Shown in pieces: positions 30,119 to 39,448 of a stretch of DNA of 64,000 nucleotides (position 1 is its first letter; every line of letters begins with the position of its first letter). Location: contig SVRL01000003.1 of the NCBI GenBank assembly GCA_015064845.1, positions 315-64,314 on the forward strand. Direction: 5' to 3'. The position numbers and the translations under genes were made by a program. Source of the stretch: Oscillospiraceae bacterium. GTDB taxonomy: Bacteria; Bacillota; Clostridia; Oscillospirales; CAG-272. The notes beneath the pieces were generated by a model, which worked only from the letters and a program-made list of their open reading frames with translations, did no database searches and was not told the DNA's origin.

Positions 30119-31364
30119 GAGGTTCTCCTTTTTCCGTATTTTTGAAATGATTGAAGATATTAACGTATTTCAGCGCGTTGAAGCGTTTACTTCCTTTGAG
30201 TTGATAAATTTTTTCATTAGAATAAATATTCAGCTTGTTTTTGCCCAGAACGGTTACGGCCGGAGTGCCTGCAAAGGGGAAGCAAAGTTCGTTTTCTTTG
30301 CCTTCATCAATAACAATGCGGTCGCCGTATAAGCAAATTTCCGCTTCCTCGCGCAAACGGATTTTATCTTTATAGACGATAACTTCCGAAAGGTTCGCTT
30401 TTTCCCGATACATTGGTGTTTGTATGTAAAGCGAAAGGTCGAGATTGCGGACGAAATCCTGCTGATATTCATACCAATCGTTGACGAAGCGGAAAGGAAA
30501 TTCAAAACCGACCCCTTTCAGTTCCGTGGTGGTTTCATAAGAGATTTTTTTGTGGCAATGCAGACATTCGATTTCATTGCCGTTCGATTCAAACGTGGAA
30601 AGTCCGCAATCGGGGCAAACGTAAACGGCGCGTTCCAGATATTCCGCGCGTTTATCGGAGAAAAATTCGTGCTCTGCCGTAGCTTCGTTGACGTAAAGAC
30701 CTTCTTTGATGATGTCAAACAGCTCGTCGGTTGACATTTTTTGATATTCCTCGGGTTCAATAACCTTGGAAACGTAAGCGTGCATAGAACCTTTGCGGAC
30801 AACGTCGCTCCAGCGGGGATGTACGCCGTAACCGCCTTCAATACGGAAAAGTACAATCGGAAGACCGAGTTTTTTTGCCAGAAACGCAATGGTTGGCAGC
30901 ATAAATTCGGTTTTACCGCTATACGTACGGTTTCCTTCCGGCGCAAGCGCAATGGTTCCGCCTTCTTTGGCAACTTTCAAACAATTTTTGATTGCACGGA
31001 TATCCGATGTTTGCTTTTTGATCGGAATCGGCGCTACCAGATATCGAATCAGCGAAGAAACCCATCCTTTGGAGAAGATATCTTCACTGGCGAGATAGTA
31101 GATTGGCCCTTCAAATGCGCTTCCGACAAAAAATTGGTCAAATGCGGTTTGATGGTTGAAAAGTATCAAATACTGTCTGCCGTTTTGCTCTTTGAATTTT
31201 TCAACTTTGATTCCGTATCTGTGCGCGGAATAAGGGGAAAGAACGAGAGAAACAAGATTTCTGACGGTTTTATGTCTTGGCTTGAGCCACGCTGCATCAT
31301 CTTTTTTCTTTTCTTTGACCTTGGGAGTATCCGTTTTTAAGGGTTCTTGCTTTACGGGTTCCAT
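30096..31364 (-). CDS. lysophospholipid (1-acyl-glycerol-3-phosphate-type) acyltransferase with C-terminal zinc-ribbon extension
   Basis: HX4D motif (NHQTAFDQ) and EGNR-type motif (PEGNRT). CPDC...CLHC zinc ribbon. GGAGG RBS. Confidence 0.85.
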   Translation of the reverse strand: MEPVKQEPLKTDTPKVKEKKKDDAAWLKPRHKTVRNLVSLVLSPYSAHRYGIKVEKFKEQNGRQYLILFNHQTAFDQFFVGSAFEGPIYYLASEDIFSKGWVSSLIRYLVAPIPIKKQTSDIRAIKNCLKVAKEGGTIALAPEGNRTYSGKTEFMLPTIAFLAKKLGLPIVLFRIEGGYGVHPRWSDVVRKGSMHAYVSKVIEPEEYQKMSTDELFDIIKEGLYVNEATAEHEFFSDKRAEYLERAVYVCPDCGLSTFESNGNEIECLHCHKKISYETTTELKGVGFEFPFRFVNDWYEYQQDFVRNLDLSLYIQTPMYREKANLSEVIVYKDKIRLREEAEICLYGDRIVIDEGKENELCFPFAGTPAVTVLGKNKLNIYSNEKIYQLKGSKRFNALKYVNIFNHFKNTEKGEPHGKFLGL

Positions 31365-31536
31365 ATTGTTTACCTCCGTTTTTAGTATGGGAATTTGCTT
31401 ATTTTTATTATTATATCATAAATATACATATTTGTCTAATGGTTTTACAGCTTTTTTGCCGTTTTGTGTAAAAAATATAAAAAAGTGGTAAAATTTTATG
31501 TATGATGAACAAAGTAAAATGTAATGTGTCAAACCA

Positions 31537-31581
31537 AATAAAAACAGAGAGTTTCTGCGGAATATCCGTAAAAACTCTCTG
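31537..31581 (-). terminator. Rho-independent terminator (minus strand) downstream of the GH2 gene and the DnaA boxes
   Basis: CAGAGAGTTT (31545-31554) / AAACTCTCTG (31572-31581). On the minus strand it is followed by TTTTTATTT. Confidence 0.8.
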
Positions 31582-31635
31582 CGTATATTTTCAAGAACAT
31601 TAAATATTGAAAAATTTATCACATTTTAAACATGA

Positions 31636-31829
31636 TTTTCCACAAAACAAGAGGGAAAACCGTGGAAAACACCTGTGTTTGGGATAAAAAGAAGAAGTAA
31701 TCCACTTTTCAACAGAGTTTTCCACAAGAATTGCGGGAAAAACAAAGATTTTCTTTTGCTTTTTCCACATGATTTTCCACAGATTGTGGATTTTTATTGA
31801 AAATGCGGCCGTGGAAAATGTTTTCCACA
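31636..31829. promoter_or_regulatory. DnaA-box cluster
   Basis: Five exact TTTTCCACA on the plus strand (starts 31636, 31718, 31761, 31773, 31821). TTTTCCACG on the minus strand at 31661-31669 and 31810-31818. Weaker boxes at 31698-31706 and 31785-31793. Confidence 0.8.
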
Positions 31830-31832
31830 GGA

Positions 31833-33572
31833 TTAAGCTTCTTCCTCGATTGCAGCGGGCTGTTTCATAACCTCGGCAAGCTGATCCATAACTTCTTCGG
31901 AGAATTTCGGCGAACGGTCAAAATAATAGACGCCGTTTTGCTCCTGTTCCACATCGTAAAGCTGAGTGTAGCAAAGACCGCAAACCTTGGGGGTGCGGAG
32001 GAGAACTTCCGTCAGACCCGTATAGCGTTCCACATATTCTTCCACCGTTTTCGGAGAATTTCCGTAACCCCAGCTGGTCGAGGAATTCTCCATCTGAGAA
32101 GACCATTTGATGCCACCGTATTCACTGATGAAATAAGGCTTGCCATTATATTTCTGGCGTTTTCCGTAATTTTCGAAGATTTCCGTTTCGGTAATTTCCG
32201 CATAGCGTTTGCGGTAAACGTCCACATTCTGGTTGTAGTCGTGAATATCGTAAATATCCGTAACGACGTGATAGTTACCGCTGGTATCGATGCAGGGACG
32301 GACGGGGTCGAAGGTTTTGGTAAATTCATAAATGGCGCGGATCAAACCGTTATCCTGTTCTCTGCCGTTTACGTCCCACGTTTCATTGAAGGGACACCAA
32401 CCGATGAGGGCGGGGTGATTATAGTCGCGCGCCATGGCTTCAGACCATTCGGAGAGATAATATTTCAAATTACCTGCGTTGGAAACGTCAAAGCCCCAGT
32501 TTGCGTATTCGCCCCAGACGAGATAGCCGAGACGATCTGCTTCATAGAGGAAACGGCGCTCAAAAACGCGTTCGTGAAGGCGTGCGCCATTGAAGCCGAG
32601 ACGTTTGGAAAGCAAAATATCTTTTGCGAAAGCCTCATCATCGGGAGCGGTGTAAACACAGTCTTTGTAATATCCCTGATCGAGAACAAGACGCATGAAA
32701 ACACGTTTGCCGTTGATGCGCAGACAGCGTTCATCAAGCTCGATCTTGCGCATACCGAAATAGGAGCTTACGGTATCCGTGCCGTTTGCATCCATTGTTT
32801 TGATGATAAGGTCGTAAAGCGTGGGCGTTTCCAAAGACCAGAGAGAAAGTTCATTCAATGCAACGGACGTTCTCAAGGTTGCCAAGGTTGTTTTTGCAGT
32901 AGCTTTTCCGACTTCTTTGCCGTTCAGAAGCGCAGTGATTTCCACGGTTTTTGCGCCGATTTCGGGGAAGGTGAGCGTGAGATCCAATTTGGCGTTATCC
33001 ACGTCGGGATCCATGCGGATATTTTTGAGATAAGCAGAAGGCACGATTTCCATCCAGACGGGCGCGTAGATGCCTGTAGATCTTGTGTAATAACAGCCGA
33101 AGGAATGGTAACGTGCAGACTGCTTTCCGCTGGACTGCGCGCCGTCCCCCGCAACGTCGGACTGACAGTATACGGAAATAGAGTTATCTCCTTCCGTCAG
33201 AGCATTTGTAATATCGAAGGTAAAGGGGGTGTAACTGCCGCTGTGTTTGCCGACGGAAACTCCGTTGACAAAGACTTCGGTTTTGTGGCAAGCGGCTTCA
33301 AAATTGAGAAGTACTCTTTCGTTTTTGCCGTGCGGAACGTTGATTGTTTTTCTGTACCAGCAAGCGGGGATAAAATCTTTGTAACCGATGCCGGAGCGTT
33401 CGCTTTCGGGACAGAAGGGAACGAGAATGGTCTTTTCAAGCTGTTCCTTGTTCTGAACGCCTCTCGGTTTACCCGATTTTCCGAAATCGAATTCAAACTC
33501 CCATTCTCCGCAGAGATTGATCCACTGTTTGCGTACAAGCTCAGGACGAGGGTATGCGTTTCTTATATTCAT
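31833..33572 (-). CDS. glycoside hydrolase family 2 (beta-galactosidase/beta-glucuronidase-like)
   Basis: Start ATG 33572 with RBS GAAAGGAAG. GH2 sugar-binding, Ig-like and TIM-barrel pattern (NGARLHERV..., WCPFNETWD). Confidence 0.87.
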   Translation of the reverse strand: MNIRNAYPRPELVRKQWINLCGEWEFEFDFGKSGKPRGVQNKEQLEKTILVPFCPESERSGIGYKDFIPACWYRKTINVPHGKNERVLLNFEAACHKTEVFVNGVSVGKHSGSYTPFTFDITNALTEGDNSISVYCQSDVAGDGAQSSGKQSARYHSFGCYYTRSTGIYAPVWMEIVPSAYLKNIRMDPDVDNAKLDLTLTFPEIGAKTVEITALLNGKEVGKATAKTTLATLRTSVALNELSLWSLETPTLYDLIIKTMDANGTDTVSSYFGMRKIELDERCLRINGKRVFMRLVLDQGYYKDCVYTAPDDEAFAKDILLSKRLGFNGARLHERVFERRFLYEADRLGYLVWGEYANWGFDVSNAGNLKYYLSEWSEAMARDYNHPALIGWCPFNETWDVNGREQDNGLIRAIYEFTKTFDPVRPCIDTSGNYHVVTDIYDIHDYNQNVDVYRKRYAEITETEIFENYGKRQKYNGKPYFISEYGGIKWSSQMENSSTSWGYGNSPKTVEEYVERYTGLTEVLLRTPKVCGLCYTQLYDVEQEQNGVYYFDRSPKFSEEVMDQLAEVMKQPAAIEEEA

Positions 33573-33785
33573 GGTGGGCTTCCTTTCATTTAAGATTAAA
33601 TTTGGCATATTTCGATATGTCTTCGCTATGTTTATGGTAACATAGAAAAGTGCGCGTGTCAACGAAAAATTGAGATTAAACGAATCTTTTGTTGATTTCC
33701 ATATCCTGAAAGAATTCTCTTTACTTTTTTCTTTTTTTGCAGTAAAATAAAATTATAAATTATTTTGTGAGAAAGGAATGTGATT

Positions 33786-35900
33786 ATGAGCATTCATCAA
33801 GCGACGTTTATTGGCGCGCCGACGGAGGCTTCTCCGATTTTCATGAAAAAATTATCGGTAAAGAATCCTCGGCAGAGCGAAATTGAAATTGCGGGTCTTG
33901 GTTTTTTTGAACTTTATGTCAATGGAAGAAAAGTTTCCGAAGATATTCTGGTTCCTCCCACCTCCGATTACGGAGAAAGAGATCTTTCTACGCTGCATTA
34001 TCCCATCAAGGATACGTTTTCGCATAGAGTGTATTATTGTAAATACAGTCTTTCCGAATATTTGATTGACGGCGAAAACACCTTGGAGGTTCAGCTTGGC
34101 GGAGGATATTATTGTCAGGAAGTGCGCACGGGCGAAGGCAAGCTTTCGTACGGAAAGCCGATCCTTGCTGTTTCATTAACGGTTGACGGAATAGAATATC
34201 TTTCCGATGAAAGCTGGACGTGGCGTGATTCCGTGATTGTTTCGGAGAACCTCTATACGGGTGAAGTGCATGATTTCCGTCACTGCGATTGTGAATGGAA
34301 ACCCGTCGATCTTGCAAAAGCGCCTTCGGGTAAACTTGAGCAAAGCGATTGTCCTCACGATAAGATCATACGCAAAATCAAGCCTGCCGTTGTTTTCCGC
34401 GACGGAGAACGCACTGTATACGATGCGGGCGTAAATCTTTCCGGCGTGGTCGGTTTTTGGCAGAAGGCAGAAGCGGGAGAAAAAACCGAAATCCGTTTTG
34501 CGGAACGGTTGGACGGTTCTTATGAACTGTTTACAGAAACCTCGGGACCGATTGTGCAAAGAGATATTTATATCAGTAACGGTAAATCGAATTTCTGTAT
34601 GCCGAAATTTGTATTTCATGGATTCCGTTATTTTGAAATCATAGGACAAGCGGAAGACGTTTGGGTGTATGAAATTCACGGCAATATGCCCCTTCGCGTA
34701 ACGTTTTCTTCCAATCATCCCGTTTTGAATTTTTTATTCACCGCTTCCGTAAGAAGTCTGTATTCCAATATGCATGCAGGTATCATTACGGACTGTCCGC
34801 ACAGAGAACGACTCGGATATACGGGGGACGGTCAGCTGACAGCCGATCTTGGACTGACGGTTCTTTCTTCCGAAAAATTTTATGAAAAATGGCTTCGTGA
34901 TATTGCGGACGGTCAGGATCCCGAAACGGGACATGTTCAGCACACTGCGCCTTTTCAGGGCGGCGGAGGCGGTCCCGGCGGATGGGGCGGCGCTATCGTG
35001 ATCGTTCCTTATATGCTTTGGATGCATCATAACCGTGAGGATATTTTGCGTACATATTATCCGAATATGAAAAAATATATCGCTTACATGGAATCCAGAA
35101 GCGAAAACGGCCTTGTTGTTCGTGAAGAAGAACGCGGATGGTGTTTGGGCGATTGGTGTACTCCCGATAAGATTACCATTCCCGAACCTTTCGTCAATAC
35201 GTATTTTCTTGTGAAATGCTTGGAATACGTTGCGGAAACTGCGCGTGTACTGGGAGATTCTCCCGAACCTTGGCTGAACAAGGCGGAAGAACGGAAACAG
35301 GCACTCCGCAAACACTATTATGATGAGAAAACGAATACCTATTGCGCGGATATTCAAGGCGCAAATGCGTTTGCGCTTGACATCGGCATTGGCAATGAAA
35401 ATATGATGAAAGCGCTCGTAGAGAAGTATGAGACGCTTGGCGCATTTGATACGGGAATCTTCGGAACGGATATTCTCATCCGCGTTCTTTTTGAGAACGG
35501 CTTCGGCGATACGGCAATGAAGCTCCTGACCTCGGAAAAAGAAAATTCTTTCGGCGCGTGGATGAACCGCGGAGAAACGACACTCTGTGAATATTGGGAC
35601 GGAAAAAAATCCCATAACCATCATATGTTCGGCGCGCCTTTGCGCTATGTGTTCTCACACGTTCTCGGCGTGAAGGACAGAGGCAAAACGACCTTGATTG
35701 CTCCCGTGGAAATTTCTTTGCCGATTCAATTGGAAGCGGATATGGAAACAAAGTTCGGAAATGTTTTCGTACGGCGCGAAATGACGGAAAAGGATGAAAC
35801 GCTTACCGTCCGCGCAGATCATAACGCTCTTTTCCGTTATCGGAATACGGAAATTACGCTGACTCCCAATGAAGAAACCGTATTTTATTTTGTTCGTTAA
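33786..35900 (+). CDS. alpha-L-rhamnosidase (GH78)
   Basis: ATG 33786 with RBS GAAAGGAA. ITDCPHRERLGYTGDGQL matches the GH78 DCPxRERLGxTGD signature. Confidence 0.87.
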   Translation: MSIHQATFIGAPTEASPIFMKKLSVKNPRQSEIEIAGLGFFELYVNGRKVSEDILVPPTSDYGERDLSTLHYPIKDTFSHRVYYCKYSLSEYLIDGENTLEVQLGGGYYCQEVRTGEGKLSYGKPILAVSLTVDGIEYLSDESWTWRDSVIVSENLYTGEVHDFRHCDCEWKPVDLAKAPSGKLEQSDCPHDKIIRKIKPAVVFRDGERTVYDAGVNLSGVVGFWQKAEAGEKTEIRFAERLDGSYELFTETSGPIVQRDIYISNGKSNFCMPKFVFHGFRYFEIIGQAEDVWVYEIHGNMPLRVTFSSNHPVLNFLFTASVRSLYSNMHAGIITDCPHRERLGYTGDGQLTADLGLTVLSSEKFYEKWLRDIADGQDPETGHVQHTAPFQGGGGGPGGWGGAIVIVPYMLWMHHNREDILRTYYPNMKKYIAYMESRSENGLVVREEERGWCLGDWCTPDKITIPEPFVNTYFLVKCLEYVAETARVLGDSPEPWLNKAEERKQALRKHYYDEKTNTYCADIQGANAFALDIGIGNENMMKALVEKYETLGAFDTGIFGTDILIRVLFENGFGDTAMKLLTSEKENSFGAWMNRGETTLCEYWDGKKSHNHHMFGAPLRYVFSHVLGVKDRGKTTLIAPVEISLPIQLEADMETKFGNVFVRREMTEKDETLTVRADHNALFRYRNTEITLTPNEETVFYFVR

Positions 35901-35970
35901 GATTAAGTAAATATAAAAACGAAACGCCCGTGCATCGCAAAGGATGCACGGGATATTTATATGTTAATAA

Positions 35971-36177
35971 TCAAGAAGAGAAAAGTACCAACAGGATTAT
36001 AAACAGGATGACTGCAATGGAGATAATCCAAGCATTATTGAAAATATTTTCGAGAGCAAGTTTTTTCTTGCTAACTTGAGTTACACTTTCAGTTACAGGG
36101 GGGGTGGTAATTTCATGGTTTGATAAATTGTCGATAGAATTTTTCCGGTCAAGCGAATTGGTAAAAATAAACGGCAA
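35971..36177 (-). CDS. hypothetical tail-anchored small membrane protein (68 aa)
   Basis: ORF with a single C-terminal TM (WIISIAVILFIILLVLF). It overlaps the upstream small ORF by 29 nt. No homology recognised. Confidence 0.45.
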   Translation of the reverse strand: MPFIFTNSLDRKNSIDNLSNHEITTPPVTESVTQVSKKKLALENIFNNAWIISIAVILFIILLVLFSS

Positions 36178-36370
36178 TCAAACAATCAATGAAAAGCATA
36201 AGGGCGAAACCGATAATACCTATGCCGATGAAGAAAACAACGTCAAAATATACCATATCGCAAAGCATCGTAATTACGCCTGCAACAAACAGGATTGCGC
36301 AAAACCAAATGATAAATTTATGGATGCTTTTAACATTTTCAGGCATTTTGTCGAGAATTTTTTTATACAT
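36149..36370 (-). CDS. hypothetical small membrane protein (73 aa, 2 TM)
   Basis: ATG 36370 lies 7 nt after GGAGG. Two hydrophobic helices. Confidence 0.55.
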   Translation of the reverse strand: MYKKILDKMPENVKSIHKFIIWFCAILFVAGVITMLCDMVYFDVVFFIGIGIIGFALMLFIDCLIAVYFYQFA

Positions 36371-36558
36371 GGTCAAACCTCCAAAAATAAAAATATGTGC
36401 AAATTTCGTGTTTTATAGAAGTTGCACATACTATTATATATATTGTCAAGTATTACGACGAAAATATTTGAAAAATTTTATTTTAAGCAAAAAATAGGAA
36501 TCAAAAAACAGACCGAACGCTCATCGGTCTGTTTTTTACAAGAAATATAAGTGTTTAA

Positions 36559-37098
36559 TTAATAATTTTCAGCTTTGATCTGGAAGTAGCTCTTGGGATG
36601 AGCGCAAACGGGGCAGAGTTCGGGTGCTTTTTTACCAACGATGATATGGCCGCAGTTGGAGCACTGCCATACAACGTCGTTATCCTTGGAGAATACAACG
36701 CCGTCTTCGATATTGCCGATCAGCTTGCGGTAACGCGCTTCGTGTTCTGCTTCGATATTACCGACCATTCTGAAGAGAGCGGCGATACGCATGAAGCCTT
36801 CTTCTTTTGCTTCTGCTTCAAATTGTTTATACATATCGGTCCATTCGTAGTTTTCGCCGTTTGCGGCATCTTTCAGGTTGGCAAGCGTATCCGGAATGCC
36901 ATCGTCGTGAAGAAGCTTGAACCAGATTTTTGCGTGTTCTTTTTCATTTTTTGCGGTTTCTTCAAAAAGGTCGCCGATTTGAACGTAACCGTCTTTTTTT
37001 GCTTTGGAAGCGTAGTAAGTATACTTTGTATACGCTTGAGATTCTCCTGCGAACGCCGCCATGAGATTCGCTTCTGTTTTTGAGCCTTTGAGTTCCAT
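36559..37098 (-). CDS. rbr: rubrerythrin
   Basis: MELKGSKTEANLMAAFAGESQA... ferritin-like diiron domain plus a C-terminal rubredoxin CxxC...CxxC (CSNCGH...CPVCAH). Confidence 0.92.
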   Translation of the reverse strand: MELKGSKTEANLMAAFAGESQAYTKYTYYASKAKKDGYVQIGDLFEETAKNEKEHAKIWFKLLHDDGIPDTLANLKDAANGENYEWTDMYKQFEAEAKEEGFMRIAALFRMVGNIEAEHEARYRKLIGNIEDGVVFSKDNDVVWQCSNCGHIIVGKKAPELCPVCAHPKSYFQIKAENY

Positions 37099-37153
37099 AA
37101 TATTCAATTCCTTTCTTGAATAAAAGATTTTTATCTGTTGGGTGAATGCCCAA

Positions 37154-38830
37154 TCATTTCGTAATTTGTTTCATACGGATGGTAACGGATGATGTCTGCG
37201 GTGTAAAGGATGTTAAAGTCAGCGTGAATTTTTTTGCATCGGCAGGGAAGGAGCCGCGCATATTTTCGCCAAAGGTGTGTTCGCAGAATCCGCTTTCAAT
37301 TTCAAAATAACGGTTGCCGTTCAGGAAATATTTTGCGTTTCCGTTTGCAAGATATGCATAATCGCCCGCTTTGGGAACCATGTAAATGCTGTCTGTCAAC
37401 AGTTTGCCTTGCGGAGGCAACGTGATTTCCAGCTTGGTCGGCACGCAATCGCAGCCGTCTGCGCACAGATCAATGCGAATGCCGTCTTCCAGAATATGAA
37501 TGTCGGCAGTACGGCGAAGCGTCTGAACGTTAATGGTATCTCGCTTGGAATGGTCCATTCTTCTCCAATTGGAGGTTTCGGGTTTGCTTTCCAGCGTGGA
37601 GCGATATCCTGCTTGTTCTTCGCTGAACAGTCGGAAACCGTCTTCGATGGGTTCGATCTTTCTTGCGCGGAAGGTGGAGTGCGGATCGCCGAAGAACGAA
37701 GCCGTGTAACGAAGCTGTAAAATGGCGCTTCCGTAGTTGATCTGGCAGAAAACGGGATGGCGCGCGCAAAGAGCCGTGATGGTTGCGTTCAGCGCAGGCT
37801 TGTAGATACGTGCAATGTGGCTGTTTGGCAAAAAGACGGATTGATCTTTTTTCGGTTCTTTGATTTCAAGGCTGTCGTAAACTTCCCGCAACTCGGGGTG
37901 GAGCATATGGAAGGTAAGAAGATAAAAATAATGCTGGCAACATTTAGCGATGTACTCATCTCTGTACGTTTCCGCCATATAAGCAAATTCGGGATTTTTA
38001 TCCCAAACAGCGAGAATCAGATAATAGGGATAATATTTTGCGATAGGATATTCTCCGCCCATATCCCAACGGGTGGAATTGAGTGTGTTGACCGTTTTAT
38101 CCGGTTCAATGAATTTATACATCAGATTCAGATTGCGTCTGACCGGCTCGTAAAAGGAATCGTCCTTCAGAAATTCTGCCATAACACAGAAAGAATAATC
38201 ACAGCAACAGTTGTAAGATCCCGTGGAGCGTTCGGTATATTCTCCGTATTCGTCACAGTCGATGCCTTCCATCAGGAATTTATCAATGGTTTCCTTGAAT
38301 TTTGGATTTTTTGTGAAATGATATGCCAAAGCCAAACCGGAGGAAATGATCCAGCGGTGATTGGGGGTATGGAAACCGAGTGTTGCCATGGCGTTGCCCA
38401 TATGTTCCATGATGTCCAGATATTTTTCAAACAGCTTGTCTTCCAAAGGCGTGTGCTCGCTGAAGCGTTCAATGAGCGCGGCTTGCGGAAAAATTGCTTG
38501 CGAATGGAATCCTGTTTGTGCGGGATCGTGGAAATTTGTCGTGGCAAGGTCCAGAGAACCGTCTTCATGGATGAATTGTTCATACAAACAGAGCGATTCA
38601 TAAGCGTATTCCAACATGGTTTGATCGTGATAATAAGGAGATTCCTTTAAATAATAGGCAATCACGAAATAGATGGAATACTGTCCGGGATACATACCGT
38701 CGCGCACACCGCTGGTTGCTTTTTGATAAAGCTCCTCCTGTTCGGGGGACATGAACATTTTGTGTGCGCCGATGTGATTCGGGATTTGTTTGGAAAAGAA
38801 TTCAGTCAATAACTGGTAATGGTTTCTCAT
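37154..38830 (-). CDS. hypothetical protein (558 aa, no confident family assignment)
   Basis: Long uninterrupted ORF with an AGGAGGG RBS. Helical-repeat enzyme-like by composition only. Confidence 0.75.
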   Translation of the reverse strand: MRNHYQLLTEFFSKQIPNHIGAHKMFMSPEQEELYQKATSGVRDGMYPGQYSIYFVIAYYLKESPYYHDQTMLEYAYESLCLYEQFIHEDGSLDLATTNFHDPAQTGFHSQAIFPQAALIERFSEHTPLEDKLFEKYLDIMEHMGNAMATLGFHTPNHRWIISSGLALAYHFTKNPKFKETIDKFLMEGIDCDEYGEYTERSTGSYNCCCDYSFCVMAEFLKDDSFYEPVRRNLNLMYKFIEPDKTVNTLNSTRWDMGGEYPIAKYYPYYLILAVWDKNPEFAYMAETYRDEYIAKCCQHYFYLLTFHMLHPELREVYDSLEIKEPKKDQSVFLPNSHIARIYKPALNATITALCARHPVFCQINYGSAILQLRYTASFFGDPHSTFRARKIEPIEDGFRLFSEEQAGYRSTLESKPETSNWRRMDHSKRDTINVQTLRRTADIHILEDGIRIDLCADGCDCVPTKLEITLPPQGKLLTDSIYMVPKAGDYAYLANGNAKYFLNGNRYFEIESGFCEHTFGENMRGSFPADAKKFTLTLTSFTPQTSSVTIRMKQITK

Positions 38831-39028
38831 AGCGAAAACCCTCCTGCAATTTTTCTTTTCGTTAGCATTTTATCATATTATTCTAAAATAGTCAATGAAA
38901 TCCACAAAAAACGCATGAAATTTAAAGAAAAATTGTGAAGGTTTTCAAAATATCATTGAAATATCTTTTTGCACCCTTTTCTTTGCAAACAAAATGTTCG
39001 CAAAGAAAAGGAAAATATTATGCGTCAT

Positions 39029-39448
39029 TTATACGACGGTTTGCGATTGTATGCCGTCGGTTCCTTCGCGGTAAAGCTTTGACGCCGAAATGGCTGCCGC
39101 GCGTTCATTGAGTCCGAAGCTGATGGTAATGGCGTTATTGACCTTTTGCATAAGTACGTCGTCAATATGTCCCATTTTTTCTCTGAGACGGGTCTTGTCA
39201 ATGGTACGTATCTGTTCCAGGAGAATCACGGAATCTTTGACGAGTCCGAAGCGTTCGGCATAAACGTCAATATGCGTAGGTAATTTCGCTTTGCCCAAAC
39301 GGCTGGTAATGGCGGCTGCAATGACGGTGGGACTGTATTTGTTTCCGATATCATTTTGAACGATGAGAACGGGACGGAGTCCGCCTTGTTCGCTTCCGAC
39401 GACAGGACTCAGATCCGCATAATAAATATCTCCTCTTTTTACGGTCAA
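39029..39448 (-). CDS. mazF: MazF/EndoA (PemK-family) endoribonuclease toxin with ~23-aa C-terminal extension
   Basis: [34 protein letters not shown]...LPTHI...[17 protein letters not shown] is collinear with Bacillus EndoA. TTG start with a GAAGGGG RBS. Confidence 0.9.
   Translation of the reverse strand: MTVKRGDIYYADLSPVVGSEQGGLRPVLIVQNDIGNKYSPTVIAAAITSRLGKAKLPTHIDVYAERFGLVKDSVILLEQIRTIDKTRLREKMGHIDDVLMQKVNNAITISFGLNERAAAISASKLYREGTDGIQSQTVV

Noticed and set aside
31416-31622. 68-aa minus-strand ORF in the DnaA-box/AT-rich intergenic region, considered as a possible Sda-like checkpoint peptide
   Set aside because: It spans the terminator hairpin at 31545-31581, has no RBS and gives a Phe/Ile-rich translation typical of AT-rich non-coding DNA.
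31365-31832. DnaA boxes plus an AT-rich stretch, considered as the primary chromosomal origin (oriC)
   Set aside because: No dnaA, dnaN or other origin-proximal genes occur anywhere in the window, and gene-strand bias does not switch here. It is kept as a finding only as a secondary DnaA-box cluster. Whole-genome GC skew is needed to decide.
31797-33593. 598-aa plus-strand ORF
   Set aside because: It is antisense to the GH2 glycosidase gene, which has clear family motifs and an RBS. Its translation has no recognisable domain and is a shadow ORF.
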